Below, in pieces: positions 1-13,177 of a stretch of DNA of 64,000 bases. Where the stretch lies: the NCBI RefSeq assembly GCF_001194135.2, contig NC_068985.1, forward strand, positions 118,848,296 to 118,912,295. Direction: 5' to 3'. The notes under the pieces are model-generated. The model ran no database searches, was not told the DNA's origin, and saw nothing but the letters and a program-made list of their open reading frames with translations. A program made the translations under genes and the position numbers. This stretch comes from Octopus bimaculoides (lineage: Eukaryota). Numbering within the stretch: the first letter of the stretch is position 1; each line of letters begins with the position of its first letter.

Positions 1-195
<195 letters not shown>

Positions 196-793
196 AAATA
201 ACAACAAGATGAGGGGGAGTAATGATAATAGTAATGATATTAATGATTAGTATTGATTAGAAGAACTTATGTCCAACATACAGCTAACGGACTTTTCTTT
301 CTTCTCAACATTAATCCTGCAGCCTGGATTAATGGATTTCTAAGCTAAAATTAATCTTTCTTTTTGAACAAAGCATACACAGGATCAATAGAGAGCATGC
401 TAAGATGAAGCAAATCCAACACTTTTGCCTACCGAACTTGGCATCTTTTTTCCAGCTTTTAGATCTCAAATAAATCCATTTCCACTGAATCCAATAATCT
501 AACCTTACTTATTCAACCATCTTCATCTCTGTTACCTAAATATCTGATAGGGCCTAATCTCTTTCAGACTCTCTCTCTCTTTTTCCGCGTGTGTATGTGC
601 ACACTTGTTGTGTGTGTGTGTGTTTAAGTGTATATTTTTGCATATATGCTGTTGTGTTTTATACATATTGCAGGCAACAAGTATAGCTGCATGATCAAGA
701 TGTTCACTTTTCAACAATATGGTTTCAATTCCAGGCCTACTGCAACACACCTTAAGCAAATGTCTTATAATATGAGCCAAGCATATATATATA

Positions 794-1554
794 NNNNNNN
801 NNNNNNNNNNNNNNNNNNNNNNNNNNNNNNNNNNNNNNNNNNNNNNNNNNNNNNNNNNNNNNNNNNNNNNNNNNNNNNNNNNNNNNNNNNNNNNNNNNNN
901 NNNNNNNNNNNNNNNNNNNNNNNNNNNNNNNNNNNNNNNNNNNNNNNNNNNNNNNNNNNNNNNNNNNNNNNNNNNNNNNNNNNNNNNNNNNNNNNNNNNN
1001 NNNNNNNNNNNNNNNNNNNNNNNNNNNNNNNNNNNNNNNNNNNNNNNNNNNNNNNNNNNNNNNNNNNNNNNNNNNNNNNNNNNNNNNNNNNNNNNNNNNN
1101 NNNNNNNNNNNNNNNNNNNNNNNNNNNNNNNNNNNNNNNNNNNNNNNNNNNNNNNNNNNNNNNNNNNNNNNNNNNNNNNNNNNNNNNNNNNNNNNNNNNN
1201 NNNNNNNNNNNNNNNNNNNNNNNNNNNNNNNNNNNNNNNNNNNNNNNNNNNNNNNNNNNNNNNNNNNNNNNNNNNNNNNNNNNNNNNNNNNNNNNNNNNN
1301 NNNNNNNNNNNNNNNNNNNNNNNNNNNNNNNNNNNNNNNNNNNNNNNNNNNNNNNNNNNNNNNNNNNNNNNNNNNNNNNNNNNNNNNNNNNNNNNNNNNN
1401 NNNNNNNNNNNNNNNNNNNNNNNNNNNNNNNNNNNNNNNNNNNNNNNNNNNNNNNNNNNNNNNNNNNNNNNNNNNNNNNNNNNNNNNNNNNNNNNNNNNN
1501 NNNNNNNNNNNNNNNNNNNNNNNNNNNNNNNNNNNNNNNNNNNNNNNNNNNNNN
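794..1554. other. Assembly gap (largest of 12)
   Basis: Other N runs: 17491-17881, 24481-24490, 36972-36981, 37359-37542, 39744-39816, 42912-42968, 46302-46539, 47873-48130, 51357-51911, 56640-56852, 62882-62900. Confidence 1.
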
Positions 1555-1564
1555 ATACAATTTT

Positions 1565-1863
1565 TCAAGCGAGATCATTGCCAGTGCCCCTGGACTGGCT
1601 CTTGTGCGGGTGGCACATGAAATGCACCATTTTGAGCGTGGCCGTTGCCAGTACTGCCTGACTGGCCTTCGTGTGGGTGACACGTAAAAGCACCCACTAC
1701 ACTCTGAGTGGTTGGCGTTAGGAAGGGCATCCAGCTGTAGAAACTCTGCCAAATCAGATTGGAGCCTGGTGTAGCCATCTGGTTTCACCAGTCCTCAGTC
1801 AAATCGTCCAACCCATGCTAGCATGGAAAGCGGACGTTAAACGACAATGATGATGATGATGAT
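1565..1863 (+). mobile_element. Family C non-autonomous retroelement (RTE-like 3' tail, (GAT)n end), 3' part
   Basis: GTGGCACGTAAAAGCACC-type units, then TGGCGTTAGGAAGGGCATCCAGCTGTAGAAAC and a (GAT)n tail. Near-identical copy at 57790-58045; others at 10955-11200(-), 13650-13850(-), 35042-35400, 35850-36195, 39385-39575, 49130-49510. Confidence 0.85.
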
Positions 1864-2019
1864 CTTGTCTTCATATTTAGAGTTCAATATCCACCAAGGT
1901 CAACTGTGCATTTTCTCCTTTTGGGATCAATGAAATAAGTACCAGTCAAACACTGGGGCTGATGTAGCCTACTAGCCCCTTTCTTATCATCTTATTTTAT
2001 CTTATTATTATGTTTCACT

Positions 2020-3130
2020 ACTTTCTGTAGTTGTCATCTCTTTTGCAAGCTTCAACCTTCTGATATCGGCCTTCATTACTTTTTCCCATTCTTCCTCTTC
2101 CAAAAATTCCTCCAAATTCAATGCCTATTTTCTTCTACTATGCAACATTGCACTTTGTTCCTGTGAATTAGAGAATCTCTTCGTCGTGAACAGATGTCAT
2201 AGCTCTCTGAATTATATTTACTCTGGTTACTATGCTTTTCAGATACCCTCAACTACAACTAATTATGTCACCCAGGTAACAAAAGTAATCAACAACTTCT
2301 AGGGAATTCTTCATCTTAAAGAATGTATTCCATGCTATCAACTCCTGTACATTCTCTATATACAAAGACTTTCAGTTGCCAACTTGCCTGTGGTCTCACT
2401 ATACCTCTTGTGAAATCATAGTTTACATTAGGTACAAAACTAGAATTTCTACTTATTTTCTGCGTATTGGCTACTTTCCAAATGGCTGTAGAGTCATATC
2501 TTTCTTATTTACCAAACCATTTGTTTTTCTTGGTTAGCTTTAATTCCTCTCAATTCCAGATTTTGCTTTCATATTTGGAATTTCTCTTCTAATTCTGCAG
2601 CAGATGCAGTTATGAGAACTAAGTCATCTTTGTAGTGGAGAGCTGGTGTCCATTACTATAGCCTGAAGAACTGTAATAAACAGGATGGAACTGAGAACAG
2701 AGATTTAACGGACATCTGCCTCTGTTAAATTCTTCAATGAACACATTGCTAAAGACTGACATCTCTGTACATAGGTTGCATGGTTCTCAAACCATTTCTT
2801 AGTGACTACCAGACTACAGAACATGCTACCCTGTTAAAGACTTTATCCAGGTCAACAAATATTAGGTCTAATGGCTGGGTCTTTGCTAAGAACTTCTCCT
2901 GTAGTTGTCCCACTAGGGAGAAAGCATCAGTAGTACCATGTTTTGGCACCAATTTAAACTACATCTTATCGGAATTAATTTTCTCTCTAACTAATTTTGC
3001 CATAGTTATGTCTATTACTTACATAACTTGGTCCATCAGTTTAAGCCCCTGAAGCTGCTGTCTTCTTATGAGATAAATCACAATGTCTTTTCTTCAATGG
3101 CATGTCAATATTAGAGTATTCTTGATTCTT
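2020..3130 (-). pseudogene. Decayed RTE-clade LINE reverse transcriptase
   Basis: Minus-strand translation gives GLKLMDQVM*VID, HGTTDAFSLVGQLQEKFLAKTQPLDLIFVDLDKVFNRV and LHYKDDLVLITASAAEL (YADD motif); multiple stops. Confidence 0.9.
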
Positions 3131-3161
3131 GAGATAATCTCCCCTTCTTAGTGTTAGTCAC

Positions 3162-3215
<54 letters not shown>

Positions 3216-3564
3216 TACGTATATACATATATATATATATATATATATAATTATAAAATCTGGTAATTAGTCATATATTAATTAATATCGAATAATTATC
3301 AGGAGGCCAGCACATCTAAAGAATCAAAGAGATTCAGAAAAATTATCTGCAATCTCAGGGGATTAAGGTACATTCTAAAAACTAACGTCGACTACTAACC
3401 TGTTTAATAATGCTTTTTTTAGGTGATTTTAAATGTCTTGCCTGCTCACGTTTTTGGTATGCTGCTATATTTCATGTTGAGAACAATTTAGGTCTTAATA
3501 GACACAAGATGTGATCTATTTCTAGCGCATTAACTGTCCACGTTAGTGATCGACGTTATTTTAA

Positions 3565-3614
<50 letters not shown>

Positions 3615-4135
3615 TCACATCACACACGTGTGTATGTGTGTGTTGGATAATGTAGTTAAATATCACCGTCTGGTGGTCCTTAGCTGTCTTTTAACAGAGT
3701 TTACCCCTGTTGCAAAGGTTTAGGTTAGAGTTATCCACACTATCCTAGGATAACTTTGTTCCTTCATTTAACCAGTCTTGAAGGCTCAGAAGAAATAAAA
3801 AGGATTACGGACTAAGAATAGTTGTCATTGTTGTTGTTTGGCATCACAATCATCCTTATCATCACCAACATCACCACCAACACCACCACCAGCACCAACA
3901 CCACCAACAGCAGCGCCACCACTGCCGCTGCCACCACCACCAGCACTACCATTACTACCACCACCAAGTGTACTTAACAAATTCCACCCCTAACACAAAA
4001 TATCTTATACCGAAGGTAATGTATTATTATGAGTGAATGTGGACATGAGTGTGTATGTGTGAGAGTGGAGAGAGAGAAATAAATAAATATGTATGTAATG
4101 AAAACACACACAATATGAATGCATATATGTGCACA

Positions 4136-4171
<36 letters not shown>

Positions 4172-5366
4172 ATGAATGGATGTATATACTCACATATACA
4201 CATAAGATCATTGCATGCATGTACACAAACGCACACATACCATTTTTGTTAATTTATGTCCATTATTAGATTTCAGTGTAGGTTGGATGAATATATATTG
4301 TGACATTGTTTTAGAGCTGGAAGCTGTTCATATCACTACCCACTACATGTTTTTCAGGAAACTCTTTCATTCCAATTTTTTCTTTGAAAACAGAGCTAGC
4401 AAATGGATTTTTTTGTCAGGAGTTTGTTCCCTTACAAAACAATTATGGCCAAAATTGCTTGAAAGGGGATGGCATAATTTAACCTCTATTGTAGATTTCT
4501 TCATAAATATCTCTAAAACAAATAGTTTTATGAAATCTAATTTCAAAGCTGATGACAAACAATCGTAAAGGCTATCAAACTATCAAACTATTCTAAATTC
4601 TGTTGTTGATAAGTTTAACAAATTTAATAATGTTTAAGCTGCTGGTAGACTGTCTAATGACAATTACATATAGCCAACGACTTTCTGACAAGAGATTTTG
4701 AGGTATTTAGCAATTCTTAGATGTAAATCAGTTTTAGATCAGAATTACATACAAGTCAATGACAAAACTGTTAATTTTATATTGCTGCTGCCGCCTGCAT
4801 ATTCTATATATATATGTATGTATATATCTATTTTCACACACATACACACACACATCATCATCTTTCTCTGACGATTGTCAAATTTATCTCAACTTCTAGT
4901 ATGAAACTCATAGGCATAGTCCCTATATTAACAGAATTTGGATGTCTTTAGTGAAATCCTTTCTATTGCAAGCTTTTGAACCAGATCTCCCATTTGATGA
5001 TAACAATCTCCCTCCATCCTACCTGTCTCTGAGGCTCTATAAATGGCCATGAGTATTGCTTCCCCACTTTACTAAAGACCAAAATTAAATAAATAAAAAG
5101 AGACGGTATTAATGTTTGTAATGATTGGAACGTAATAATGAGTTCAGTAATAATTAACGTCAAATAATTTACCATAATACTTGTTTATTGATCTCTCCAC
5201 TAATCTGCTTACATCTTCACCACTAATCGTGTTTGCTTAATAAAACCAGGTCTTCTATAATTGCTGTATTTTAATAATGTTACATAAAGTTTAAAAAAAA
5301 AACAACCTCTTTCATTCTTTACTGCCTCCACCTTTGCCTCTTTGACTTTCAGGTTTCTTTCACCTT

Positions 5367-5468
5367 GTTGATGGTGCTGTTGATGGTGCTGCTATTGCTG
5401 TTGATGGTGCTGCTATTGCTGTTGATGGTGCTGCTATTGCTGTTGATGGTGCTGCTATTGCTGTTGAC
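5367..5468. repeat. 21-bp tandem repeat (GTTGATGGTGCTGCTATTGCT), about 4.5 copies
   Basis: Direct inspection. Confidence 0.9.
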
Positions 5469-5689
5469 ATAGAGCTGGGGTAAGTCTTGAAATGGTGTAG
5501 TAGAGTCTGATAAGTGTGGTAAACACAGGTAGTTGGAATCGGGAGGTAACTGGGACAAAAGCTGGATGGCAGTAGCAAAAGTATGGCGAGTGTAATTGAA
5601 AAACAATGAGTGAATTACTAATTTATGGTGGATGTGTGTGTGTGTGTATGTGTATATCTGAGTATGTGTGTGTGTATATACACACACAC

Positions 5690-5842
5690 AAGCAGGAGTG
5701 GCTGTGTGGTAAGAAGCCTGCTTCCCAACCACATGGTTCTGCATTCAGTCTCACTGCAATGCACCTTGGGCAAGTGTCTTCTACTATAACCTCAGGCTGA
5801 CCAAAGCCTTGTGAGTGGATTTGGCAGACAGAAACTGAAAGA
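5690..5842 (+). mobile_element. Family B tRNA-headed SINE (CORE-like body), 5' part
   Basis: GGAGTGGCTGTGTGGTAAG head, degenerate B box, CACCTTGGGCAAGTGTCTTCTACTATA core; directly follows (CA)n. Confidence 0.85.
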
Positions 5843-5923
5843 CGGCGAGCTGGCAGAAACGTTAGCACACCGAGTGAAATGCTTAGCGGTATTTCGTCTG
5901 CCGCTATGTTCTGAGTTCAAATT

Positions 5924-6140
5924 AGCATGTGGCTAAGTGGTTGGGTGTTGCATTCATGATTGTGAGATTGTGGGTTCAGTTCCCAGACTGGGTGATGCAT
6001 AGTGTTTTTGAACAAAACATTATGTTTCACATTGCTCCAGTTCACTCAGCTGGCAAAAATAAGTAATCCTGTGATGGACTGGTGTCCTGTCCAGAGGGGA
6101 ATATAAACACCACGGAATCTGGGAAACCAGCCTTATAAGC
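5924..6140 (+). mobile_element. Family D-related tRNA SINE, degenerate
   Basis: TGGCTAAGTGG and GGGTTCAGTTCC boxes; central block TTTCACATTGCTCCAGTTCACTCAGCTG shared with 27382-27732; different tail. Confidence 0.65.
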
Positions 6141-7442
6141 CTTAGACTTAAGAAGGACCTTTTCTAATATCTTAAGAAGGACCTTGAACTTACGTAGGTC
6201 AATGCTTATAGAGAAAACAGGCAAAGGAAGGAATGGGTTATTGATGGTTACAGTGGCAAAACCTTCAAGTGAATCAGTGTTTTATATTTTTTACATTAAA
6301 TTCTCTTTGACTAAAATACTTCAGAAAAGATTTAAAAAAAGATCTATACAAAGGAGATTATAATAAGAAATTTAAAAATGTATCTAAGTCTATTATCTTC
6401 ATTATCATCCTTGACGTCATCATTTTAATATCCACTTTTCCAGATTAGGATGATTCATATTGAATTAATTGAAGCAGGTTTTCTATGGTCAGATGCCTTT
6501 CCTGTTGCTAACCCTTACTTGTTGCAAAGCAAGGTAATATTTTCCCAAGGCAAAGGTGGTGAGCTGGCTGAATCATTAGTGTGTTGGGCAAAACGCTTAA
6601 TGGCATTTTGTCTGTGTTTGCATTCTGAGTTCAAATTCCACCAAGGTCGACTTTGTCTTTTATCTTGATGGGGTTGATAAAACAAGTACCAGTTGAGGGT
6701 CAATGTAATCAACTTACCCCTTCACCCAAAGTTTCTGGCCTTGTGCCAAGATCTGAAAGCAATATTTTCCCGAGGCCAAATATGTTTTCACAGAAGATTG
6801 AAAACAAAAGACATTGCTTGTGATACTTGTTTACAACAATTGTGTGATATCAGGACAGAGACTCACAAAAATCACACTCACACACACCAGACACGCACAC
6901 ACACAGACACACACACACACGCACACAGGCACACACACACACACACACACAAGCATGCACGCATGCGTGCACCCTACTGACCGTCTTTCAGTTTCTATCT
7001 GTTAAATCCACTGACAAAGCTTTGACAGGCCCAAGGCAATACCAGAAGATATTTGCACAAGTTGCCATGCAGTGGGACTGAACCTGAAACCATGTGGCAG
7101 GGAAGTAAGCTTCTTAACCATACAGCCATGCGTACACACACACACACACAAATACGCATGTACACATGTCATTTGTTAATGTATATCAAGAAGAAAAAGA
7201 AACAAAACAAATAGTGACAGACCCTTGTTAGTCTTATTGACAGAAACGCAGTGAACCTATGATGAACCAATGATTAACCCATTGGAAACTAGGAATCAAT
7301 TGATGCTACTCTTCACAAGCTGCAACATAAAATAAATATATATGTATGAATGTGTAATGTGACTATTAGTAGCAATTAAGAAGGTTAAAAATAAATACTG
7401 TATATGTTTAATGGTTCAGTGAATAGCATATGGAAATGTGTG

Positions 7443-7495
<53 letters not shown>

Positions 7496-7789
7496 CACTG
7501 TATTGACCAGACTACAAGATGTTTTTATATGCTGCTGGTCACAATGGGCTTCCTTACATTATTATAGCTTTTGAGAGATGCCTCCACCCCGCCGTCCTCC
7601 CTGCTGCAGGCTAGGCAAGCAAGCTAGCCAACATCAATGTAACTTAGCAGGTCAGCAAAAGAGACCGATAGAATGGGTATCAGGCTTGACAAAAAAATAA
7701 GTACTGGAGTTGATTCATTCGACTAAAAGGTGGTGCCCCAGCATGGTCACAGTCTAATGACTGAAACAAGTGAAAGATAAAGATAAAAG

Positions 7790-7827
<38 letters not shown>

Positions 7828-8407
7828 ATGACGGTATGTTTATGTCTGTGTTTTGCATTTGTGCTTGTTGTCTATCACTGCTTTACCACTGGTGTTGGTT
7901 TGTTTACATCCCCCTAACTTTGTGGCTTAGCATATGAGACCAAGAGAATAAGTACTAGGTTTTAAAAAAACATAAATAGTGGAGTTGGTTTGCTCAATAA
8001 AAACCCTCCAAGGTGGAGCCTCAGCATGGCTGCAGTCCAATGATTGAAGCAAGTAAAAGAAGTAAAAGTTTAACAAACTAACAGAAGAAATATGTATGTT
8101 GTAAGCCCTGGTGCAAGCAACCCATTTAGGAGCATGATAACTCTGAAAATATAGCTACAAAGTAAGAAAGACATTTTAGTTCTATTGCAGACAATCAATC
8201 TTTAAAATAGTATTTTATGGTAAAAATATATCCACTCTATGCTGTAAAAAGTTAGGTGATAGGAAGAGCATTCAGCTGTAAAAACTAAGCTATTAAGATA
8301 TGATATGCACAATAACAAAGGCCAGTGTTATCTGTTACTGTGTGTGTGACAGACGATGAAGAACACAGTAAGATACAATGAAACCCATCCAAAAAATGCA
8401 TGTAGAA

Positions 8408-8441
<34 letters not shown>

Positions 8442-8847
8442 GGCGATGGTGGTGATGGCAATAATGATGATGATGATGATGATGATGATAAATATATTAA
8501 TACTACTTTAGTTTTTTTTTAATCTTTTCTTCTCTGGTATTCGTTTACTGTGGAGTGACACTTTTTGTTACTCATGTCTTAATATTTAATTCAGAAGAAG
8601 ATGCATTGTCTAATCGACATTTAAATGCCTCAAAAACCCCACCTAAAAGAAATGAAAGAAACAGAGAGAGAGAGAGAGGTGAGAGAGAGAGAGTGAGAGA
8701 GAGAAAGAGAAATAGAGAAGTAGAAAAAGGGAAGAGATAGATAGATAGACAGATAAAGGCCATTTGTATAAAAGAGTTCAAATATCTATATATAAATTAT
8801 GTGTGTACATAAAACTACATGATTGAGGAGATAATGAGAAAAAATAA

Positions 8848-8882
8848 GAGATCTTTATTATTATTATTATTACTATTATTAC

Positions 8883-8967
<85 letters not shown>

Positions 8968-9625
8968 TAAGGTGGCAAGCTAGCAGGATTGTTAGAACAC
9001 CAGACAAAATGCTCAGTGGTATTTCGACTGACTTTATGTTCTGAGTTCAAATGCCACCAGGGTCGACTTTGCCTTTCATCCTTTCAGGGTCAATAAAATA
9101 AGTACCAGTTAGACACTGGGGTTGATGTAATTGACTCTTTCCTTCCCCCCAAATTGTTGCCCTTGTGGCAAAATTTGAAACAATTATTATTATTATTATT
9201 TAAGATGGCAAGCTGACAGAATCATTAGAATGTTGGGTGAAATACTTAGTGATATTTCACTCGTCATTACGTTCTGAGTTCAAATTTCACTGAAGTTGAC
9301 TTTGCCTTTCATCCTTTCGGGGTCGATAAATTAAGTACCAGTTGAGTACTGGGTCAATGTAATTGACTATTCCCCTCCCCACAAATTTCAGGCCTTGGCC
9401 TATAGAAAAGATTATTATTAGTATTATTAATAATGGCTTCAAATTTTGACACAATGTCAGCAGTTTTAGGGGATGAGGTAAGTTGATTGCATTAACAGCA
9501 GTGTGTGACTGGTACTTATTTTATCAACCCTGAAAAGTGTTAGACAAAGTTGACCTCAGTGTCATTTGAAGTCAGAATATGAAGACAGATGAAATGCCAC
9601 TAAGCATTTTGCCTAGCGTGCTATT
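8848..9625. mobile_element. Cluster of three family A tRNA SINEs in (TTA)n (8969-9190+, 9201-9420+, 9432-9625-)
   Basis: Homology to the young copy at 48822-49059; separated by TTA tracts. Confidence 0.9.
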
Positions 9626-10075
9626 ATTACATCTGCTTTAGCGAAAGCGGAGGTATTGTTTTCAGTTGTGTTTGATTGTTTGTTTTGTTTGTGTGTGGAC
9701 AAGATATCTCAAGAACTGCTGGATGGATTCAGATGAAACTTCCAGAGATGTTTTGCCTCATGACTGGCATGAACTGATTAGCCCTTTCGTTACCAACCCA
9801 GCTGAATCCGCCTCTGACTCTGTAGTACAAATGTCTTGGTTTCATAAGTTTTGAATTAAAATCTTCCACCAAACCTTAGTCACAATTTATGTTCCTAACA
9901 CTAGCTTAATGATACCGATGTTATTTTATTAAATTCTTTGTTATATTTAAAGTAATTGAAAGAAACACAGAGCATCTCAAAATAAATACAGTAATGAAAG
10001 GGTTAGATTTTGGGATCGACTGGACAAGGATTCTGGATTCTTTTTCCACTTTTTTTACTTAATTCTTCAGAGCGG
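9624..10075 (+). mobile_element. Helentron-associated (HINE/DINE-1-like) non-autonomous element, interrupted
   Basis: 5' hairpin TACATCTGCTTT-AGCG-AAAGCGGAGGTA, (GTTT)n tract, then GGATGGATTCAGATGAAACT; resumes after the nested MITE. Confidence 0.6.
9781..10003. mobile_element. MITE with TIRs (G/A)CCCTTTC(G/A)TTAC and TA duplication
   Basis: TIRs 9781-9793 and 9991-10003; TA at 9779-9780 and 10004-10005. Confidence 0.85.
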
Positions 10076-10329
10076 TTGGGTTCACTTTTAGTATTCTCAT
10101 TTGTGAGAGCAGTCGAGTTTATTTCAGATATTCTCATTTTAAAAATCGTCTCTGGCTAATCAATGAGAGGACGTAGAAACATGTAAACCATAAAACAATA
10201 ACAATTTGTAAAACAATCTTAGCAAACAATCTTCAATAGGGGAAAAGGGCAACCAAGGAACTCCACAGATCCAAAACCATTCTACTCAGAGGAAGTACCA
10301 TGGCAAGTGTTCCTTTCTCTTCCTCCAAA

Positions 10330-10386
<57 letters not shown>

Positions 10387-10419
10387 AATAATGATAATAA
10401 TAACAATTATTATGGGATA

Positions 10420-10938
10420 GAAACAGTTGATCACCTAATCTTTTAGTACTTGTAGAGTACAAATCAAGACATAACAGAGTTGGCCAATATCTACATTGGA
10501 TAATGTGTCAGAATTATAAAATCAAAACTACTGACAAATGGTACAAACACCACTCTGAGACTGTAACTGAGGGAGAAAATGTAACTATTCTTTGGGAATT
10601 CCCAGTATTTACAGATTAGACCATTGAGGCAAATAAGCCAGATATTGTTGTGACAGACGAAAGCAATAAAGTCTGTTGATTGATTGACATGAGCATACCC
10701 TGTGACCATAATATCTCAGCAAAAGAATTTGATAAGCTCAGAAAATATAAAGATCTGTTAATCAAAATCACAAAGATGTGGCATCTCAAGACGGTTGCAA
10801 TACCAATGATTGTAGGAGCACTTGGAATGACCAAAAAAGGAACTAAAAATTATTTAAGAATGATCCCTGGTTTATCAGCCATGCAGGAAGTGCAAAAGAT
10901 TGTCTTAACTGGTACATCACACTTATTGAGAAGAGCAT
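10420..10938 (+). pseudogene. R4/Dong-clade non-LTR retrotransposon, restriction-like endonuclease domain relic
   Basis: ETVDHLI...EYKSRHNRVGQYLHW...ANKPDIVV...IDMSIP...KLRKYKDL...PMIVGALG...QKIVLTGTSHLLRR; 2 in-frame stops and a frameshift; 5' side abuts a TAA tract. Confidence 0.9.
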
Positions 10939-11220
10939 TCATCATCATCATCATCATCAATGTTTAACGTCCGTTTTCCATGCTGGCATGGGTTGGACAG
11001 TTTGACAGAGGTCTGGAGAGCCAGCAGCTGCACCAGGCTCCAATCTGATCTGGCAATGTTTCTACAGCTGGATGCCTTTCCTAATGCCAACCACTCTGAG
11101 AGTGTAGTGGGTACTTTTTACGTGCCACCAGCATGAGAGCCAGTCAGGCAGGCCTGGCATCAATCACGTTCGGATAGTACTTTTTATGTGCTCACTGCCT
11201 TCATGATAATAATAGTAATA

Positions 11221-11256
<36 letters not shown>

Positions 11257-12467
11257 TTGGTGATGATTGCTTCAAATTTTGGCACAAGGCCAAGTATTTT
11301 TAGGGAAGGGGTTTAGTTGATTACACTGACTGGTACTGTATTTTTAATTGACCCTAAAGGAAGAAAATGGCAAAGTTGACCTACGAATGATTTGAACACT
11401 TCCTTGTATCCTTGGCAGTTTCAAAGACCCCAAAATTGGTCATGGATACTGACATTCTCCCTCTGATTAAGCCACTGACAAAAAGAAAAAAAACCCCCAA
11501 AAAAGTACAGTTTCTTTAGCTTTTTATCGAGGTAAATGACAACTGGATAAGAAACATTCAGGAAGAAAAAGAAGTAGCAAAAAAAAAAAAGGGAAACAAA
11601 CCAATTGTACATCTTTTAGTTTGTTATTTGTTTGTTGATTGTGTTGTTACTGTCTTCATCATCACCAATCTAATCATTCTTATTATCACCACCACCACCA
11701 CCACCACCACCTTTTTCACCATCACTACCACTGCAGCTGTCAACCCCCACCACTATTACTCTCCTCCCCCTCCTCTTCCTCCCCACCACCACCACCACCA
11801 CCATCATCGTCATGATCATGCTCATCATTATCATCATCATTATCATCAACAACAACAATGCAACTGTCATCACCACCGATTTTTAGTTACAATAGGAAGA
11901 AATAACGTAACAGAAAGTATTAATGCATTCGAGCTTTCATAGAATTCCCTGAGGTATCTCACTACCATATTCCATATTGTCTTCTCATTTTTTTTTTCAA
12001 AAATAAAAATACATCAAATCAACAACTATGTTACTTTCAGCTATATGTTTTAGTCAGTTCAATTTATGAGAAGAATGTATAGTTTTTATCGATCAGGCTG
12101 TATGGTGAACTAGCAGAGTTGTTAGTGTTTTAGGTAGAATGGTATTTTCATGGTATTTGTTCAGATTCTCTGTGGCATGTATTCAAATCCAACCAAGGTC
12201 AATTTTCTATTTTGTCCTGTCCTTTTGAAGGTCAATAAAAAGTACTAGTCCAGGGTGGTGAGTTGGCCAAATTGTTAGAGGGTTGGATAAAGGTGTCTTA
12301 TGGTTTCTGTTTCAAGCTTTTGTGCTTTGACAGCAACACCTGCAATGACACCAGGTGCCTAATTGTATTAGCTCAATTAGTGGCCTTTCCTTATAATCTG
12401 AACTCAGAACATAAAGATAGATGCAATGTCACTAAGCATTTTACCGGGCATGCTAATGATTCTGTCC

Positions 12468-12705
12468 TGCAGGCTTACTGCAGCAAAGCTGAGCAGCATT
12501 GCTCAAGCAGAGCTGAGCTGGTTTATTCAAGTAATATGGCACAGGTTTACTCAAGCAGGTTTACTGAAGCAAAGGTGGGTAGGCTTGAGCAAAGCAGAGT
12601 AGGTCTATTTAAGTAAAGCTGGGCAGGCTTACTCAAGTAAAGCTCAAGTAAAACTAAGCAGGATTACTTATATAATATGGGCGGACTTACTCAAGCAGAG
12701 TATGG
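12468..12705. repeat. Degenerate ~24-bp minisatellite (AAGTAAAGCTGAGCAGGCTTACTC)
   Basis: Repeating GCAGGCTTACTCAAG core; same unit at 14830-15245. Confidence 0.8.
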
Positions 12706-12903
12706 TATGGAAAGAGAAGACTTCATGCATGAGTAATTACCAGTCTTTCTCAAAAAAGTTCTACCGAGACCTGCACATACAAATACAGATGCATTGTTAA
12801 CCTTGGCTGATAAAGGCTCTTAGGCTTGAATCAGTTTTAAAAACTTGATGTTTTCATGCCTGGAGATCACAAAGTACCATGGCAAGTCTTCCTTTCACCT
12901 CCA

Positions 12904-13177
12904 CAAAAGTTGTGGGCAATGAGGAGGGTAGACATGATACCAACAGTGATTTGTGCACTTGGAAGTATCAGCACTCAACTACCAGCGTGGCTCAAAAAGA
13001 TTGGTGCAAATGTTAAGGTAGAACACCTACAAGAATCAGCATTGCTTGGAACTGCAAGAATTCTTCCCAGGGTTCTTGAAGCATGACCAGTAAACAAGTG
13101 TCACCTTAGTCTGCTGGCTGTGGACAGCTGACACTTTCCATCATAGCCATCAAAATAAGCTGAGAGTTTTCATCAAA
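12904..13177 (+). pseudogene. R4/Dong-clade element, 3' end (second subfamily)
   Basis: QKLWAMRRVDMIPTVICALG...LQESALLGTARILPRVLEA*, then ~90 bp 3'UTR ending in TAA repeats. Confidence 0.85.

Noticed and set aside
532-1788. Long ORFs in the track (also at 17418, 37100-37720, 46278, 47548, 51051-52117, 56567)
   Set aside because: They are open only because they span N gaps; flanks are microsatellite or SINE sequence.
5353-5479. Exon-like segment with strong acceptor and GTAAGT donor encoding (VDGAAIA)n
   Set aside because: The open frame is due to a 21-bp repeat; no recognisable product or partner exons.
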